32,000 bases of DNA from Faecalibaculum rodentium (GCF_001564455.1 NZ_CP011391.1:390001-422000); one strand, 5' to 3'; positions 1-7,858 are shown, numbered from the stretch's first letter. Made by a program: numbers and translations. The notes: a model not told the origin generated them from the sequence alone.

Positions 1-1
1 G

Positions 2-487
2 CGCGGCACATTTGTCATCTGGAAGCCGGCCATGTCCGAAACCCTGGAAGGGATCCGGGGATTCACGGAAGAAATGCGCCTGCACGGCAGACAGCCCGGC
101 ACATCCAGCTGGCATGCCAGCACAAGAGCCTGCGGCAGGCGGATGGCGGCAGCCTTCGGCCTGGACCCGGAACAGGAAGCCTTTGTCGTGGAGCGTGTCT
201 GCACGGCTGACGACATCCGGATTGCATACATCATTTCCTGCTTTCCTGACGGCGGATTCAGCTACCTGGGCGGATCGGTCTATGAGGAAACCGGCGCCCC
301 GGCCCGGGTGGAGGAAGAGTTCTCGGCCCAGCTGCCGGATGAGGAAGTGGTGTCCAGTCTGAACATCTCCCGGACACTGCCGGTTCTGGTCCGCAAGCGC
401 CTCGGGTTTGACAGCGAGGGCAGAGTCATGGAGTATTCCCTGACCTACTACCGCAGCGACCTGTATTCCTGGAACCGCACACAGTGA
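2..487 (+). CDS. GntR/HutC-family transcriptional regulator, C-terminal UTRA effector-binding domain (5' end outside window)
   Basis: The frame stays open back to nt 2 (RGTFVIWKPAMSETLEG...), so the gene is truncated at the window edge. GFTEEMRLHGRQPGTS...V.RV..ADD.RIAY...YYRSD resembles the UTRA domain pattern of HutC-type regulators. Stop TGA at 485-487. Confidence 0.65.
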   Translation, partial: RGTFVIWKPAMSETLEGIRGFTEEMRLHGRQPGTSSWHASTRACGRRMAAAFGLDPEQEAFVVERVCTADDIRIAYIISCFPDGGFSYLGGSVYEETGAPARVEEEFSAQLPDEEVVSSLNISRTLPVLVRKRLGFDSEGRVMEYSLTYYRSDLYSWNRTQ

Positions 488-520
488 TGAGAAGCACCGC
501 CGCCCGGGGGCTGCGTCAGT

Positions 521-557
521 CTCTTTCCGGCACAGATCCGGGGAGGGGCTTTTTTTC
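521..557 (+). terminator. Rho-independent terminator after the GntR-like gene
   Basis: CTCTTTCCGG (521-530) pairs with CCGGGGAGGG (538-547), including G-U pairs. It is followed by CTTTTTTT. Confidence 0.45.
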
Positions 558-643
558 ACCGCAGTTGTCTGCCTGGGCGGGTACAGGAAAAGGCGGTGCC
601 CGCAGGCAGAGAGCAAGAGAATGGAAAGGGCTGGACTGATTCA

Positions 644-2005
644 ATGGAAAGGGAAAAACTGGGATCCCGGCTGGGATTCATACTGATTTCGGCGGGATGC
701 GCGATCGGCATCGGCAATGTCTGGAAGTTCCCCTATGTGGCCGGGCTGTACGGCGGCGGGGTGTTCCTGTTCTTCTACCTGCTGTTTCTGCTGATGCTCG
801 GACTGCCGGTCATGACCATGGAATTTGCGACCGGCCGGGCTGCCGGAACCAGTCCTGCCCGGCTGCTGGGAAAACTGGAGCCGGCGGGCACGAAATGGCA
901 CTGGTATACACCCTGTTTCCTGGCAGGCAACTGGCTGCTCATGATGTTCTATACTGTCGTGACGGGCTGGATGCTCCGGTATTTTGCGGATATGGTCGCA
1001 GGACAGTTTGTAAATGCCGGGCAGGAACAGGTAAGTACCCACTATGTGGATATGCTGTCGAATCCGGGTCCCCTGGTGTTCTTCACCATTCTGGTGATTG
1101 TGTCGGGATTCGGCATCTGTGCCCGGGGCCTGCAGGCCGGACTGGAAAGAGTCACGAAATGGATGATGGGCGCCCTGTTGGTCATCATGGTGGTGCTCGC
1201 CGTGAATTCCATGCTGTCCGCCGGGGCTGCAGAAGGCGTGAAGTACCTCTTTGTGCCGGATTTTGCCCGGGCCAGGGAAATCGGCCTGGGCAGTGTCATT
1301 GCAGCCGCGATGAACCAGGCGTTCTTCACGCTGTCCCTGGGGATCGGCGCCATGGCCATCTTCGGATCCTATATCGGCAAGGAGCACCGGCTGTTCGGGG
1401 AATCCGTGCATATCGCCCTCCTGGACACTTTTGTGGCGCTCACGGCAGCCCTGATCGTGATTCCTTCCTGTTTTGCCTACAACGTGGAAACCACCGCCGG
1501 ACCGGGTCTGATTTTTGTCACGCTGCCCAACATCTTTGCGGCCATGCCTCTGGGCAGGCTCTGGGGGTCGCTGTTCTTCCTGTTCCTGAGCTTTGCCGCC
1601 TTTTCCACGATCCTGGCGGTGTTCGAGAACATCATTTCCAGCACCATGGACCTGACCGGGTGGTCACGGAAGAAAACCTGTGCTGTCTGTGCGGCAGCGA
1701 TGATGGTCCTGAGTCTGCCCAGTGCCCTGGGCTTCAATGTCCTCGCCGGGCTCCAGCCGCTGGGAGCCGGAAGCACGATCATGGACCTGGAGGATTTCCT
1801 GGTTTCCAACATCCTGCTGCCCCTGGGATCGCTGGTGTTCGTGGTGTTCTGCACCTGGAAACAGGGCTGGGGCTGGAACCGGTTCACCGAAGAAGCCGAT
1901 ACCGGCCGAGGATTGCGGTTTCCGAAATGGATCCGGACTTATTGCCGGTTCCTGCTCCCGGCAATCATTGCAGTGATCCTGATCACCGGCATTCTCCCCG
2001 GCTGA
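644..2005 (+). CDS. Sodium-dependent transporter, neurotransmitter:sodium symporter (NSS/SNF) family
   Basis: The N-terminus LGSRLGFILISAGCAIGIGNVWKFPYVAG...LPVMTMEFATGR is the hallmark NSS TM1 motif, and the protein has many TM helices. ATG 644 gives the usual short N-terminus. An alternative GTG at 596 (the ORF-track start) has AGGA 7 nt upstream. Confidence 0.9.
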   Translation: MEREKLGSRLGFILISAGCAIGIGNVWKFPYVAGLYGGGVFLFFYLLFLLMLGLPVMTMEFATGRAAGTSPARLLGKLEPAGTKWHWYTPCFLAGNWLLMMFYTVVTGWMLRYFADMVAGQFVNAGQEQVSTHYVDMLSNPGPLVFFTILVIVSGFGICARGLQAGLERVTKWMMGALLVIMVVLAVNSMLSAGAAEGVKYLFVPDFARAREIGLGSVIAAAMNQAFFTLSLGIGAMAIFGSYIGKEHRLFGESVHIALLDTFVALTAALIVIPSCFAYNVETTAGPGLIFVTLPNIFAAMPLGRLWGSLFFLFLSFAAFSTILAVFENIISSTMDLTGWSRKKTCAVCAAAMMVLSLPSALGFNVLAGLQPLGAGSTIMDLEDFLVSNILLPLGSLVFVVFCTWKQGWGWNRFTEEADTGRGLRFPKWIRTYCRFLLPAIIAVILITGILPG

Positions 2006-2055
2006 ATCCATCCGCAAGGACCGCTGTCGTCAGACAGATGGGATGAAACTGATAA

Positions 2056-2128
2056 AAACCCGGATCCTTCCAGACACCTCTTGCTGCTTACAGCAGACAG
2101 GTGGCGGGAGAATCCGGGTTTCTTTTGT
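2056..2128. terminator. Long stem-loop between convergent genes, probably a bidirectional terminator
   Basis: AAACCCGGAT (2056-2065) pairs with ATCCGGGTTT (2112-2121), with inner pairings CACCT/AGGTG and TGCTG/CAGCA. It is followed by TCTTTTGTG on + and by TTTTT on - (A5 at 2054-2058). Confidence 0.5.
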
Positions 2129-2211
2129 GCAGACTGCCCCTTTGTCAGAACCCGGGGCAGGCGGCAGGCCTGGCCGGGAATCTGTTTCAGGAGCCGGCAG
2201 ATGCGGGTGAC

Positions 2212-3912
2212 TCAGCGTTCTGTCACAGCCGGCATGTGCTGCGCAAACCACTGTCGCAGCGTGGCAGCTGTGTCCTTCAGGCAGCCGGGTTCAAAGGGCA
2301 CCTGCAGATGCGCCCTGTGCATGAGGTCCCGGAACGGCAGGGTGCCGCCCAGCCGGCAGATCTGGAGATAATCCTGGAATGCCCCGCTGTCCCGATCGAG
2401 CATCCGGGCCAGAAACTGCAGGGCAGCCACCTGTGCCAGGGTGTAGTCAATGTAATAGAACGGGTCCATGAAGATGTGCAGCTGGCGCATCCACCATCCG
2501 CCTCGCTCCAGAACGTCGATTCCGCTGTAGTCCTTGTGCGGAAGATACTGTTTTTCCAGTGACCGCCAGCAGGCGTTCCGCTCGTCGGCAGTCCAGTCGG
2601 GATGGGCATAGACTTCATGCTGGAAGTGATCCACCAGCACGCCATAGGGCAGAAACTTCACCGCACCGGACAAATGGGCAAAGCGGTACCGGTCTGCTTC
2701 GTCTCCAAAGAAAGACTCCATCCAGGGCCATGTGAAGAATTCCATAGACATGGAGTGAATCTCCGCGGATTCACTGGTGGGCCAGGCAAGGTCTGACGGG
2801 AACACAGGCGTGGAGGACCAGACCTGGAAGGCGTGGCCTGCTTCATGCGTCAGGGTTTCCACGTCTGACTGCGTGCCGTTGGAATTGGCAAAGATGAACG
2901 GAGCCCTGTGATCGGGAAGCCAGGTGCAGTAGCCGCCGGCGGCTTTTCCCGGCCGGGCCTCCAGATCCATCAGCTGGCGGGCAGACATGTCGTCGAAGAA
3001 GCGCCCGGTTTCCTCCGAGAGTTCCCGGTACATCCGCTGTGCCCGTGCGGTCATTTCACTGCCGGCACAGACCGGGGCCGGGTTTCCGGAGGGAAATTCC
3101 GACTTTTCCTGCCAGACGGGAAGGGTCGCGGTATGCAGGCGCTGTTTCTGCGCGGTGTACAGTTCCTGACAGAGCGGGACGATATCTTCCAGGATCTGCT
3201 GTCGGTAGGTTTCCACATCCTGCCGGTCATAGTCGAAGCGGTGCATCCGCAGATACCCGAGATCGATGAAGGATTCGAAGCCCAGACAGTGTGCCATGTC
3301 TGTGCGGACCTGGACCAGGTCACTGAAGAGTGCCTGCAGCTCCGGTTCGTTCTGCGCAAACCATCCCCAGTATGCCAGACTGGCCGTTTTCCGGACCTCC
3401 TGGTCGGGATCGTTCATGGGTTTCTCGAGCTGTGCCAGGGTATGCTGTGTCCCGTCAAAGGGGATCTGGGCGGAGGCAATCAGGTTCTGGTAGGCGGAAG
3501 CCAGGGAGGCTTCCTTCTGCAGCAGTGGGATGATCTCCGGTGAAAAACTTTTCCGGTCCATCTCAGCCGCCATGAACCAGGTTTTGGGAATGACCTGTTC
3601 AATGTCCGGCCGGAACGGACTGTGCAGGACCTGATCGAGGATCTTCTGGAAAGACTCCTCGATCAGGGGCATCGAGGCATCGAACCAGTCATTCTCCGCG
3701 GTATAGAACGGATCCCTGGTATCCAGGGTATGGCGGATGGCCGCCAGTTCCGCCAGGGTCATGAAATGCGATTTCAGGTCGTCATATTCATGCAGAATCT
3801 CCAGAAAAGCAGGAGCATCCCCGGCCTGCTGCAGGGACTGCAGGATGCGGTCCAGCTGTGCCTGAATGTCTGCCAGGTCGGGTCGGGTATAGGGAAAGTC
3901 TTTGAATGTCAT
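2212..3912 (-). CDS. pepF: M3-family oligoendopeptidase F (zinc metallopeptidase)
   Basis: 566 aa with the HEXXH zinc motif in LTHEAGHAFQ. The N-terminus MTFKDFPYTRPDL and overall length are typical of M3B PepF-like peptidases. SD AAGGAGA lies 4 nt upstream of the ATG. Confidence 0.88.
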   Translation of the reverse strand: MTFKDFPYTRPDLADIQAQLDRILQSLQQAGDAPAFLEILHEYDDLKSHFMTLAELAAIRHTLDTRDPFYTAENDWFDASMPLIEESFQKILDQVLHSPFRPDIEQVIPKTWFMAAEMDRKSFSPEIIPLLQKEASLASAYQNLIASAQIPFDGTQHTLAQLEKPMNDPDQEVRKTASLAYWGWFAQNEPELQALFSDLVQVRTDMAHCLGFESFIDLGYLRMHRFDYDRQDVETYRQQILEDIVPLCQELYTAQKQRLHTATLPVWQEKSEFPSGNPAPVCAGSEMTARAQRMYRELSEETGRFFDDMSARQLMDLEARPGKAAGGYCTWLPDHRAPFIFANSNGTQSDVETLTHEAGHAFQVWSSTPVFPSDLAWPTSESAEIHSMSMEFFTWPWMESFFGDEADRYRFAHLSGAVKFLPYGVLVDHFQHEVYAHPDWTADERNACWRSLEKQYLPHKDYSGIDVLERGGWWMRQLHIFMDPFYYIDYTLAQVAALQFLARMLDRDSGAFQDYLQICRLGGTLPFRDLMHRAHLQVPFEPGCLKDTAATLRQWFAQHMPAVTER

Positions 3913-3961
3913 GAAATCTCCTTGTATTGCACAGAAACGTGCGGATTTGTGTCAGAACCGG

Positions 3962-3991
3962 AAGACATGTACCGGTTGACTCTGGTATAGT
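3962..3991 (+). promoter_or_regulatory. Candidate sigma-A promoter with extended -10, divergent from pepF
   Basis: AAGACA (3962-3967), an 18-nt spacer, then TGgTATAGT (TG 3983-3984, hexamer 3986-3991). Confidence 0.3.
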
Positions 3992-3997
3992 GCAATG

Positions 3998-4074
3998 GTC
4001 CGGCAGAGGTTCTTTCATTTCATCTTTTGTCTTCCGGACAAGCGGCCTCATTTGCGATCTGAGGTCTTTTTTTT
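3998..4074 (+). ncRNA. Candidate small RNA (about 77 nt), bounded by a predicted promoter and a strong orphan terminator
   Basis: The predicted TSS is near 3998 and the terminator ends at 4074. There is an internal TCCGG...CCGGA pairing (3999-4003 with 4034-4038). No plausible ORF with an SD fits inside. Confidence 0.25.
4044..4074 (+). terminator. Rho-independent terminator on + strand with no annotated upstream + strand gene
   Basis: GGCCTCA (4044-4050), 9-nt loop, TGAGGTC (4060-4066), then T8 (4067-4074). Confidence 0.6.
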
Positions 4075-4184
4075 GTGTCCGTGCATTCCTCTGCCTCCTT
4101 ATCATACAGCGGGATGCCGTCGATGAAAGGCAGGAAGTCACGTCCGGCAGACTGCCGATAGCAGGCACAAGGGTCTCCGGGTAT

Positions 4185-4210
4185 AAAAAAAAGCGCCGCT
4201 GTTGCGGCGT
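4185..4210 (-). terminator. Rho-independent terminator downstream of tRNA-Glu copy 1
   Basis: CGCCGC-TGTT-GCGGCG hairpin (4194-4209), preceded on + by A8 (4185-4192), which is U8 after the hairpin on the - strand. Confidence 0.7.
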
Positions 4211-4221
4211 TGTCTGCTGAA

Positions 4222-4297
4222 TGGTGACGCGTACGGGATTCGAACCCGTGAATGCATGCGTGAAAGGCATGTGAGTTAACCGTTTCTCCAACGCGCC
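4222..4297 (-). tRNA. tRNA-Glu (anticodon UUC), CCA encoded
   Basis: The reverse complement is GGCGCGTTGGAGAAACGGTTAACTCACATGCCTTTCACGCATGCATTCACGGGTTCGAATCCCGTACGCGTCACCA. It has a 7-bp acceptor stem, anticodon stem CATGC/GCATG with loop CT-TTC-AC, and T arm ACGGG-TTCGAAT-CCCGT. Confidence 0.95.
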
Positions 4298-4314
4298 ATC
4301 TTGATTGCCTAGAA

Positions 4315-4344
4315 AGGATAGCATGGAAAAATCAGAAGTGTCAA
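4315..4344 (-). promoter_or_regulatory. Promoter for tRNA-Glu copy 1
   Basis: On the - strand: TTGACA (4339-4344), an 18-nt spacer, then TGcTATCCT (-10 at 4315-4320). The predicted TSS is about 10 nt before the tRNA 5' end. Confidence 0.5.
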
Positions 4345-4588
4345 GAAGAATATTTACTGGAAACAGGCTGCGCGTAATGGGGAGTGCAACGGCGTTTCAT
4401 CACGTACCGCAGATGATTCTGCCCGCCTGCCTGCATGACAGCGGGAAAACTGCTGAAGGCCGGTTGCCGGTTTATGGGGAATGTGCAGGGAGTTGAAGGG
4501 AGTGGATGCAGGGCAGGGGAAGCCAAACGGTCCGGAGAACACAGGAGCCCCGGTCATATGACCAAATATAATGAGAGGGTCACAAGAA

Positions 4589-4617
4589 AGAAAAAAAGCC
4601 TCAGATTTCTCCGAGGT
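4589..4617 (-). terminator. Rho-independent terminator downstream of tRNA-Glu copy 2
   Basis: CCTCAGA-TTTC-TCCGAGG hairpin (one A-C mismatch), preceded on + by an A-run (4589-4597), which is a U-run on the - strand. Confidence 0.55.
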
Positions 4618-4690
4618 CTCCTACAGTAACGAACCAGAGGTGCCCGTTTTCGATGAAAACGAAGCTCTTCAGGTCCGAATTTTTACGAAA

Positions 4691-4766
4691 TGGTGACGCG
4701 TACGGGATTCGAACCCGTGAATGCATGCGTGAAAGGCATGTGAGTTAACCGTTTCTCCAACGCGCC
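4691..4766 (-). tRNA. tRNA-Glu (anticodon UUC), second identical copy
   Basis: The 76-nt sequence is identical to 4222-4297. The flanks are not duplicated. Confidence 0.95.
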
Positions 4767-4801
4767 AATCTATATTTGAACTCTGGCCTGAGTGCCTGTC
4801 T

Positions 4802-4829
4802 AATATACCACATCAGTTTTTCCTGTCCA
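4802..4829 (-). promoter_or_regulatory. Promoter for tRNA-Glu copy 2, overlapping the 3' end of the kinase-like CDS
   Basis: On the - strand: TGGACA (4824-4829), a 16-nt spacer, then TGgTATATT (-10 at 4802-4807). Confidence 0.45.
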
Positions 4830-5691
4830 CCAGTTTGTTCAGAATATTTTCAAAATGCGCCTGTTTGTCTCTCAGGATCTCTGCAAACACCGGATCCTGA
4901 CGCGTTTCCAGCAGCATCTGTGCCCAGTTGGCCCAGATCATGTCGGCCACCAGCTCGAACACCATGATCTGCCATTCGGGATATGAACTGTTGTATCCCT
5001 CGAGAAACTGCGCACGGGCAGCAGGGTCCAGGATGCTGTTTTCCGACAGAAACCCGGCCAGGTCAAACCGGGGATCGCCTGCAGCCGCATATTCATAGTC
5101 GATGAGCCAGTCCCGGTCCTGTCCCAGAAGGATATTCCCGCAAACCAGGTCGTTGTGACACAGACAGAGCGGCTCCCAGAGAGAACGGGCGCAGTCCAGG
5201 ATCTCCTGTTCATGGGGAAAGGAAACCGGGGTCCTGGTCCGGCTGCGGTACTGCTCCAGCTTTTCGAAGGGATCGAACACTGTCTCGACTGGTGGCTTTC
5301 TGTGCAGAAAGGCAACGAGCTGTCCGGCGCGTCTGTATCTGTCTGCATCAGCGGACTCGCCGAATGTCACAGCCTGCACTCGCCGGCTCAGTTTCTCGCC
5401 GGTTGTCCGGTCATAGTACAGCGTTGGCACATCCAGATCCGCAGCGAGTTCCATGGCGCGGATCTCCGCATCGTGGCTTGTGGCCAGCAGAGCGGCTCCC
5501 GCTTTTGGCCGGCGCCAGAAATACTGGCGGTCTTGCGCTGTCACCAGCAGATTCTCATTGGAAATCCCCAGATTCGTCGGTTCAATGGTAAAGTCCGTGC
5601 TGCCGACTGCAGCTGCGATCGTCCGTTCATCCATATCTGTATGATACTCCCACAGGCCAGGGAGACACATTTCCTGGCATATCCCTCTCAT
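4813..5691 (-). CDS. Phosphotransferase of the choline/ethanolamine kinase - APH family (LicA-like)
   Basis: Brenner-type catalytic motif LCHNDLVCGNILL and WLIDYEYAAAGDPRFDLAGF, typical of choline kinase/aminoglycoside phosphotransferase folds. The start is uncertain: no SD precedes ATG 5691, and the alternatives are ATG 5670 or ATG 5634 (GGGAG 12 nt upstream). Confidence 0.8.
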   Translation of the reverse strand: MRGICQEMCLPGLWEYHTDMDERTIAAAVGSTDFTIEPTNLGISNENLLVTAQDRQYFWRRPKAGAALLATSHDAEIRAMELAADLDVPTLYYDRTTGEKLSRRVQAVTFGESADADRYRRAGQLVAFLHRKPPVETVFDPFEKLEQYRSRTRTPVSFPHEQEILDCARSLWEPLCLCHNDLVCGNILLGQDRDWLIDYEYAAAGDPRFDLAGFLSENSILDPAARAQFLEGYNSSYPEWQIMVFELVADMIWANWAQMLLETRQDPVFAEILRDKQAHFENILNKLVDRKN

Positions 5692-5695
5692 GGGA

Positions 5696-5701
5696 TATAA
5701 T
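5696..5701 (+). promoter_or_regulatory. Candidate -10 box (TATAAT) for the downstream membrane-protein gene
   Basis: A perfect TATAAT lies 65 nt upstream of ATG 5766. No convincing -35 is present. Confidence 0.3.
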
Positions 5702-5765
5702 GAAGCTGTTCAGACCGCTCTGATACCGGGGAACTCACCTGGTGCGGGAGCAAAGGAGACCAGTT

Positions 5766-6575
5766 ATGGAAAACAATGAATACAAATCCGGAGAATCCAG
5801 GGAAGCCGATACCCTGCAGGATACACCGAACGCAGCAGACAGTGCCGGCGGACCTGTTGCAGACACACAGAAGGATGTCAGTGCGCTGGAACGGGAAACG
5901 GCCAGGGCTGTGAGTGAACTTCCGGAGATTCCCTCGGATGACAGCACGGCCGATCCGGCGGCACCAACGGACACACAGGATCATGAGAAGCCGGAAGGTC
6001 CTGCAGAGCAAGCACAGGATGAGACCCGTCAGGATGCCGGCAGCCATCGGGATACACAAGCCGATGCAGCCGGAAGCGGTCCGGAAACCGCAGGACAGGT
6101 TCCGCCCCGCCCGAAGAATGGTCCCGACCTGAAGATGCCCCGTCCACCCCGGGACGGCGGACCTGCCGGACAGATCCGCAGGGCGTCCTCCAATCCCGCC
6201 GCAGCCTTGATCCTTGCAGTCGTGGGACTGGTCTTTGCAGTGATCGGATCCGTCGGCAGCTGGTGGCTTGTCGCCGGTGTCATTTCCGTGCTGCTTTCTG
6301 CCGCGGCGCTCTTCTTTGCCTGGCACGCCTGGAGACCCCGCCGGCTGGAGATGCTCGCTCTGTCTCTGGCAGCCGCGGTGCTGGCCATTGCGGTATTTGC
6401 CCTGGGGCACGGCATCACAGGCACCATCCAGCGCATGTCCTGGAACACAGGGATCCGGTATGAATACGGCGAACCCTGGAATCCCTATGATGAAGCAGAG
6501 GACTACTACCGGGATTTCTTCGAACATGACGATGACTGGTATGACATCGATGAGTACAACGGGTACTGGGACTGA
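5766..6575 (+). CDS. Hypothetical membrane protein: about 150-aa acidic/Pro-rich disordered N-terminus, three predicted TM helices, Trp/Tyr/Asp-rich C-terminal tail
   Basis: SD AAAGGAG (5752-5758) lies 7 nt before ATG 5766; the ORF-track start GTG 5742 is less likely. Hydrophobic segments are AALILAVVGLVFAVIGSVG, WWLVAGVISVLLSAAALFFAW and LALSLAAAVLAIAVFALGHG. A + strand terminator follows at 6636-6664. The overlapping 342-aa minus ORF looks like a shadow ORF. Confidence 0.7.
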   Translation: MENNEYKSGESREADTLQDTPNAADSAGGPVADTQKDVSALERETARAVSELPEIPSDDSTADPAAPTDTQDHEKPEGPAEQAQDETRQDAGSHRDTQADAAGSGPETAGQVPPRPKNGPDLKMPRPPRDGGPAGQIRRASSNPAAALILAVVGLVFAVIGSVGSWWLVAGVISVLLSAAALFFAWHAWRPRRLEMLALSLAAAVLAIAVFALGHGITGTIQRMSWNTGIRYEYGEPWNPYDEAEDYYRDFFEHDDDWYDIDEYNGYWD

Positions 6576-6635
6576 GACCGTCATCAAAGTGACAAAGTGA
6601 CTGGGATTTATCTCAGTCTGCCACGGAATTGCAGG

Positions 6636-6664
6636 AAAGCCGCTTGAAAGAGCGGCTTTTTTTG
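6636..6664 (+). terminator. Rho-independent terminator
   Basis: AAGCCGCT-TGAAAG-AGCGGCTT followed by a T-run (to 6663). Confidence 0.75.
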
Positions 6665-6672
6665 AGTAGAGT
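6644..6672 (+). promoter_or_regulatory. Promoter of the rplK-rplA operon, nested in the preceding terminator
   Basis: TTGAAA (6644-6649, the terminator loop), a 17-nt spacer, then TAGAGT (6667-6672). Confidence 0.45.
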
Positions 6673-6680
6673 AAATAAGC

Positions 6681-6716
6681 ATGCGTGGGAGGGCGAGAGC
6701 CCGGAAACCACTGCAT
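6681..6716 (+). promoter_or_regulatory. Structured rplK leader, putative L1-binding autoregulatory element
   Basis: ATGCGTGG-GA-[GGGC-GAGA-GCCC]-GGAAA-CCAC(T)GCAT: an outer 8-bp helix with one bulge, an asymmetric internal loop, and an inner helix capped by a GNRA loop. L1 is known to autoregulate the L11 operon through an rRNA-mimic in this leader. Assigning that role to this specific fold is inference. Confidence 0.4.
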
Positions 6717-6739
6717 AAGACAAATACAGGAGGTGTCTT

Positions 6740-7159
6740 ATGGCCAAGAAAAAAGTAACGAAAGTCTGCAAGCTCCAGTTCATGGCCGGCGGTGCAAAAC
6801 CCGGACCGGCGCTGGCTTCTGCAGGCATCAACATGCCGCAGTTCTGCAACGCATTCAACGATGCGACCAAGGACCGCAAAGGTGATGTCGTACCTGTCAT
6901 CATCACTGCCTATGAAGACAAGAGCTTCGATTTCCAGCTGAAAACCACTCCGGCTGCAAACCTGCTGAAGAAAGCTGCCGGCATCAGCAAGGCCAGCGGT
7001 GACCAGAAGGTGACTGCAGGATCCATCACCAAGGATCAGCTGAAGGAAATTGCCGAGTACAAGATGCCGGACCTCAACGCCAACGATGTTGAGGCTGCCA
7101 TGAAGATCATCGCAGGCACTGCGAAGAACATGGGCATCAAAGTGGAAGGCATGGAATAG
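6740..7159 (+). CDS. rplK: 50S ribosomal protein L11
   Basis: [40 protein letters not shown]... is canonical L11. SD AGGAGG at 6728-6733. Confidence 0.97.
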   Translation: MAKKKVTKVCKLQFMAGGAKPGPALASAGINMPQFCNAFNDATKDRKGDVVPVIITAYEDKSFDFQLKTTPAANLLKKAAGISKASGDQKVTAGSITKDQLKEIAEYKMPDLNANDVEAAMKIIAGTAKNMGIKVEGME

Positions 7160-7168
7160 GAGAACGAC

Positions 7169-7855
7169 ATGGCAAAGACTAGCAAGAGATACAGAGCAGC
7201 TGCCGAAAAGGTGGACTTCGAAAAAGCTTATCCCGTTGCAGAGGCTGTCGCCCTGGCAAAGGAACTGGCAAGCGCGAAGTTCGACGAAACGGTGGAGCTG
7301 TGCTTCAACCTGAACGTTGACCCCCGTCACGCAGATCAGCAGATCCGTGGCGCCATGGTTCTGCCCAACGGCACCGGCAAGACACAGAAAGTGGCTGTCG
7401 TGGCTGAAGGCGACAAGGCCCGCGAGGCCGAAGAAGCCGGTGCTGATTTTGTCGGCTCCGACGAAATGATCCAGAAGATCCAGGGCGGCTGGATGGACTT
7501 CGATGTCCTGATCGCCACTCCCAACATGATGGGCAAACTGGGTCGTCTGGGACGCATTCTGGGCCCCAAGGGTCTGATGCCGAACCCGAAGACCGGAACG
7601 GTGACCATGGATGTGGCCAATGCCGTAAACGAAGTCAAGAAGGGTAAAGTAACCTACCGTGTGGACAAGGACGGCAACATCAATGTCCTGATCGGCAAGG
7701 TATCCTTCGAGGACGGCAAGCTGGTGGAAAACTTCAACGCGATCTTCAACACGATCCTGAAGGCACGTCCGACCAAGGTCAAGGGAACCTACATGAAGAA
7801 CCTGGTGCTGTCCACAACCATGGGCCCCGGCATCAAGGTCGAGATTGTAAAATAA
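7169..7855 (+). CDS. rplA: 50S ribosomal protein L1
   Basis: [16 protein letters not shown]...[21 protein letters not shown]... is canonical L1. Confidence 0.97.
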   Translation: MAKTSKRYRAAAEKVDFEKAYPVAEAVALAKELASAKFDETVELCFNLNVDPRHADQQIRGAMVLPNGTGKTQKVAVVAEGDKAREAEEAGADFVGSDEMIQKIQGGWMDFDVLIATPNMMGKLGRLGRILGPKGLMPNPKTGTVTMDVANAVNEVKKGKVTYRVDKDGNINVLIGKVSFEDGKLVENFNAIFNTILKARPTKVKGTYMKNLVLSTTMGPGIKVEIVK

Positions 7856-7858
7856 CAT

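Noticed and set aside
573-613. A hairpin (CTGCCTG...CAGGCAG with inner CGGG/CCCG) in the leader of the NSS transporter gene, considered as a possible riboswitch or T-box.
   Set aside because: It is far too short for a T-box, and it has no conserved riboswitch core sequence, specifier loop or T-box motif. It is probably just leader secondary structure.
697-2046. A 449-aa alternative-frame + ORF and a 256-aa minus ORF overlapping the NSS transporter.
   Set aside because: The 596/644 frame carries the NSS signature and the TM helices. The alternative frames are Arg/Gly/Pro-rich and typical of off-frame translation of G+C-rich DNA.
4476-4519. A G-run cluster (GGGG, GGG, GGG, GGG, GGGG) that could form a G-quadruplex on the + strand.
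   Set aside because: Loop lengths of 8 and 10 nt exceed the strict G3N1-7 rule. In G+C-rich DNA such a cluster cannot be distinguished from chance without a genome-wide background.
4305-4629. Four ORFs of 60-67 aa (both strands) in the spacer between the two tRNA-Glu genes.
   Set aside because: None has an SD at proper spacing, and they overlap one another. The sequences look random, and two of them extend into the predicted tRNA promoter region (4315-4344) or terminator (4589-4617).
5688-6716. A 342-aa minus-strand ORF competing with the 5766-6575 plus-strand gene.
   Set aside because: The plus-strand ORF has a good SD, clean TM helices and a downstream + strand terminator. The minus ORF is Cys/Arg/Gly/Pro-rich junk-like sequence. 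It has no SD, and its coding sequence spans the + strand terminator hairpin at 6636-6664.
6608-7858. A 416-aa minus-strand ORF antisense to rplK-rplA. Similar antisense ORFs lie at 26864-27409, 28026-29204, 28852-29652 and 31196-31933.
   Set aside because: They lie opposite canonical ribosomal protein or adk genes, lack SD sequences and have a biased composition. They are shadow ORFs.
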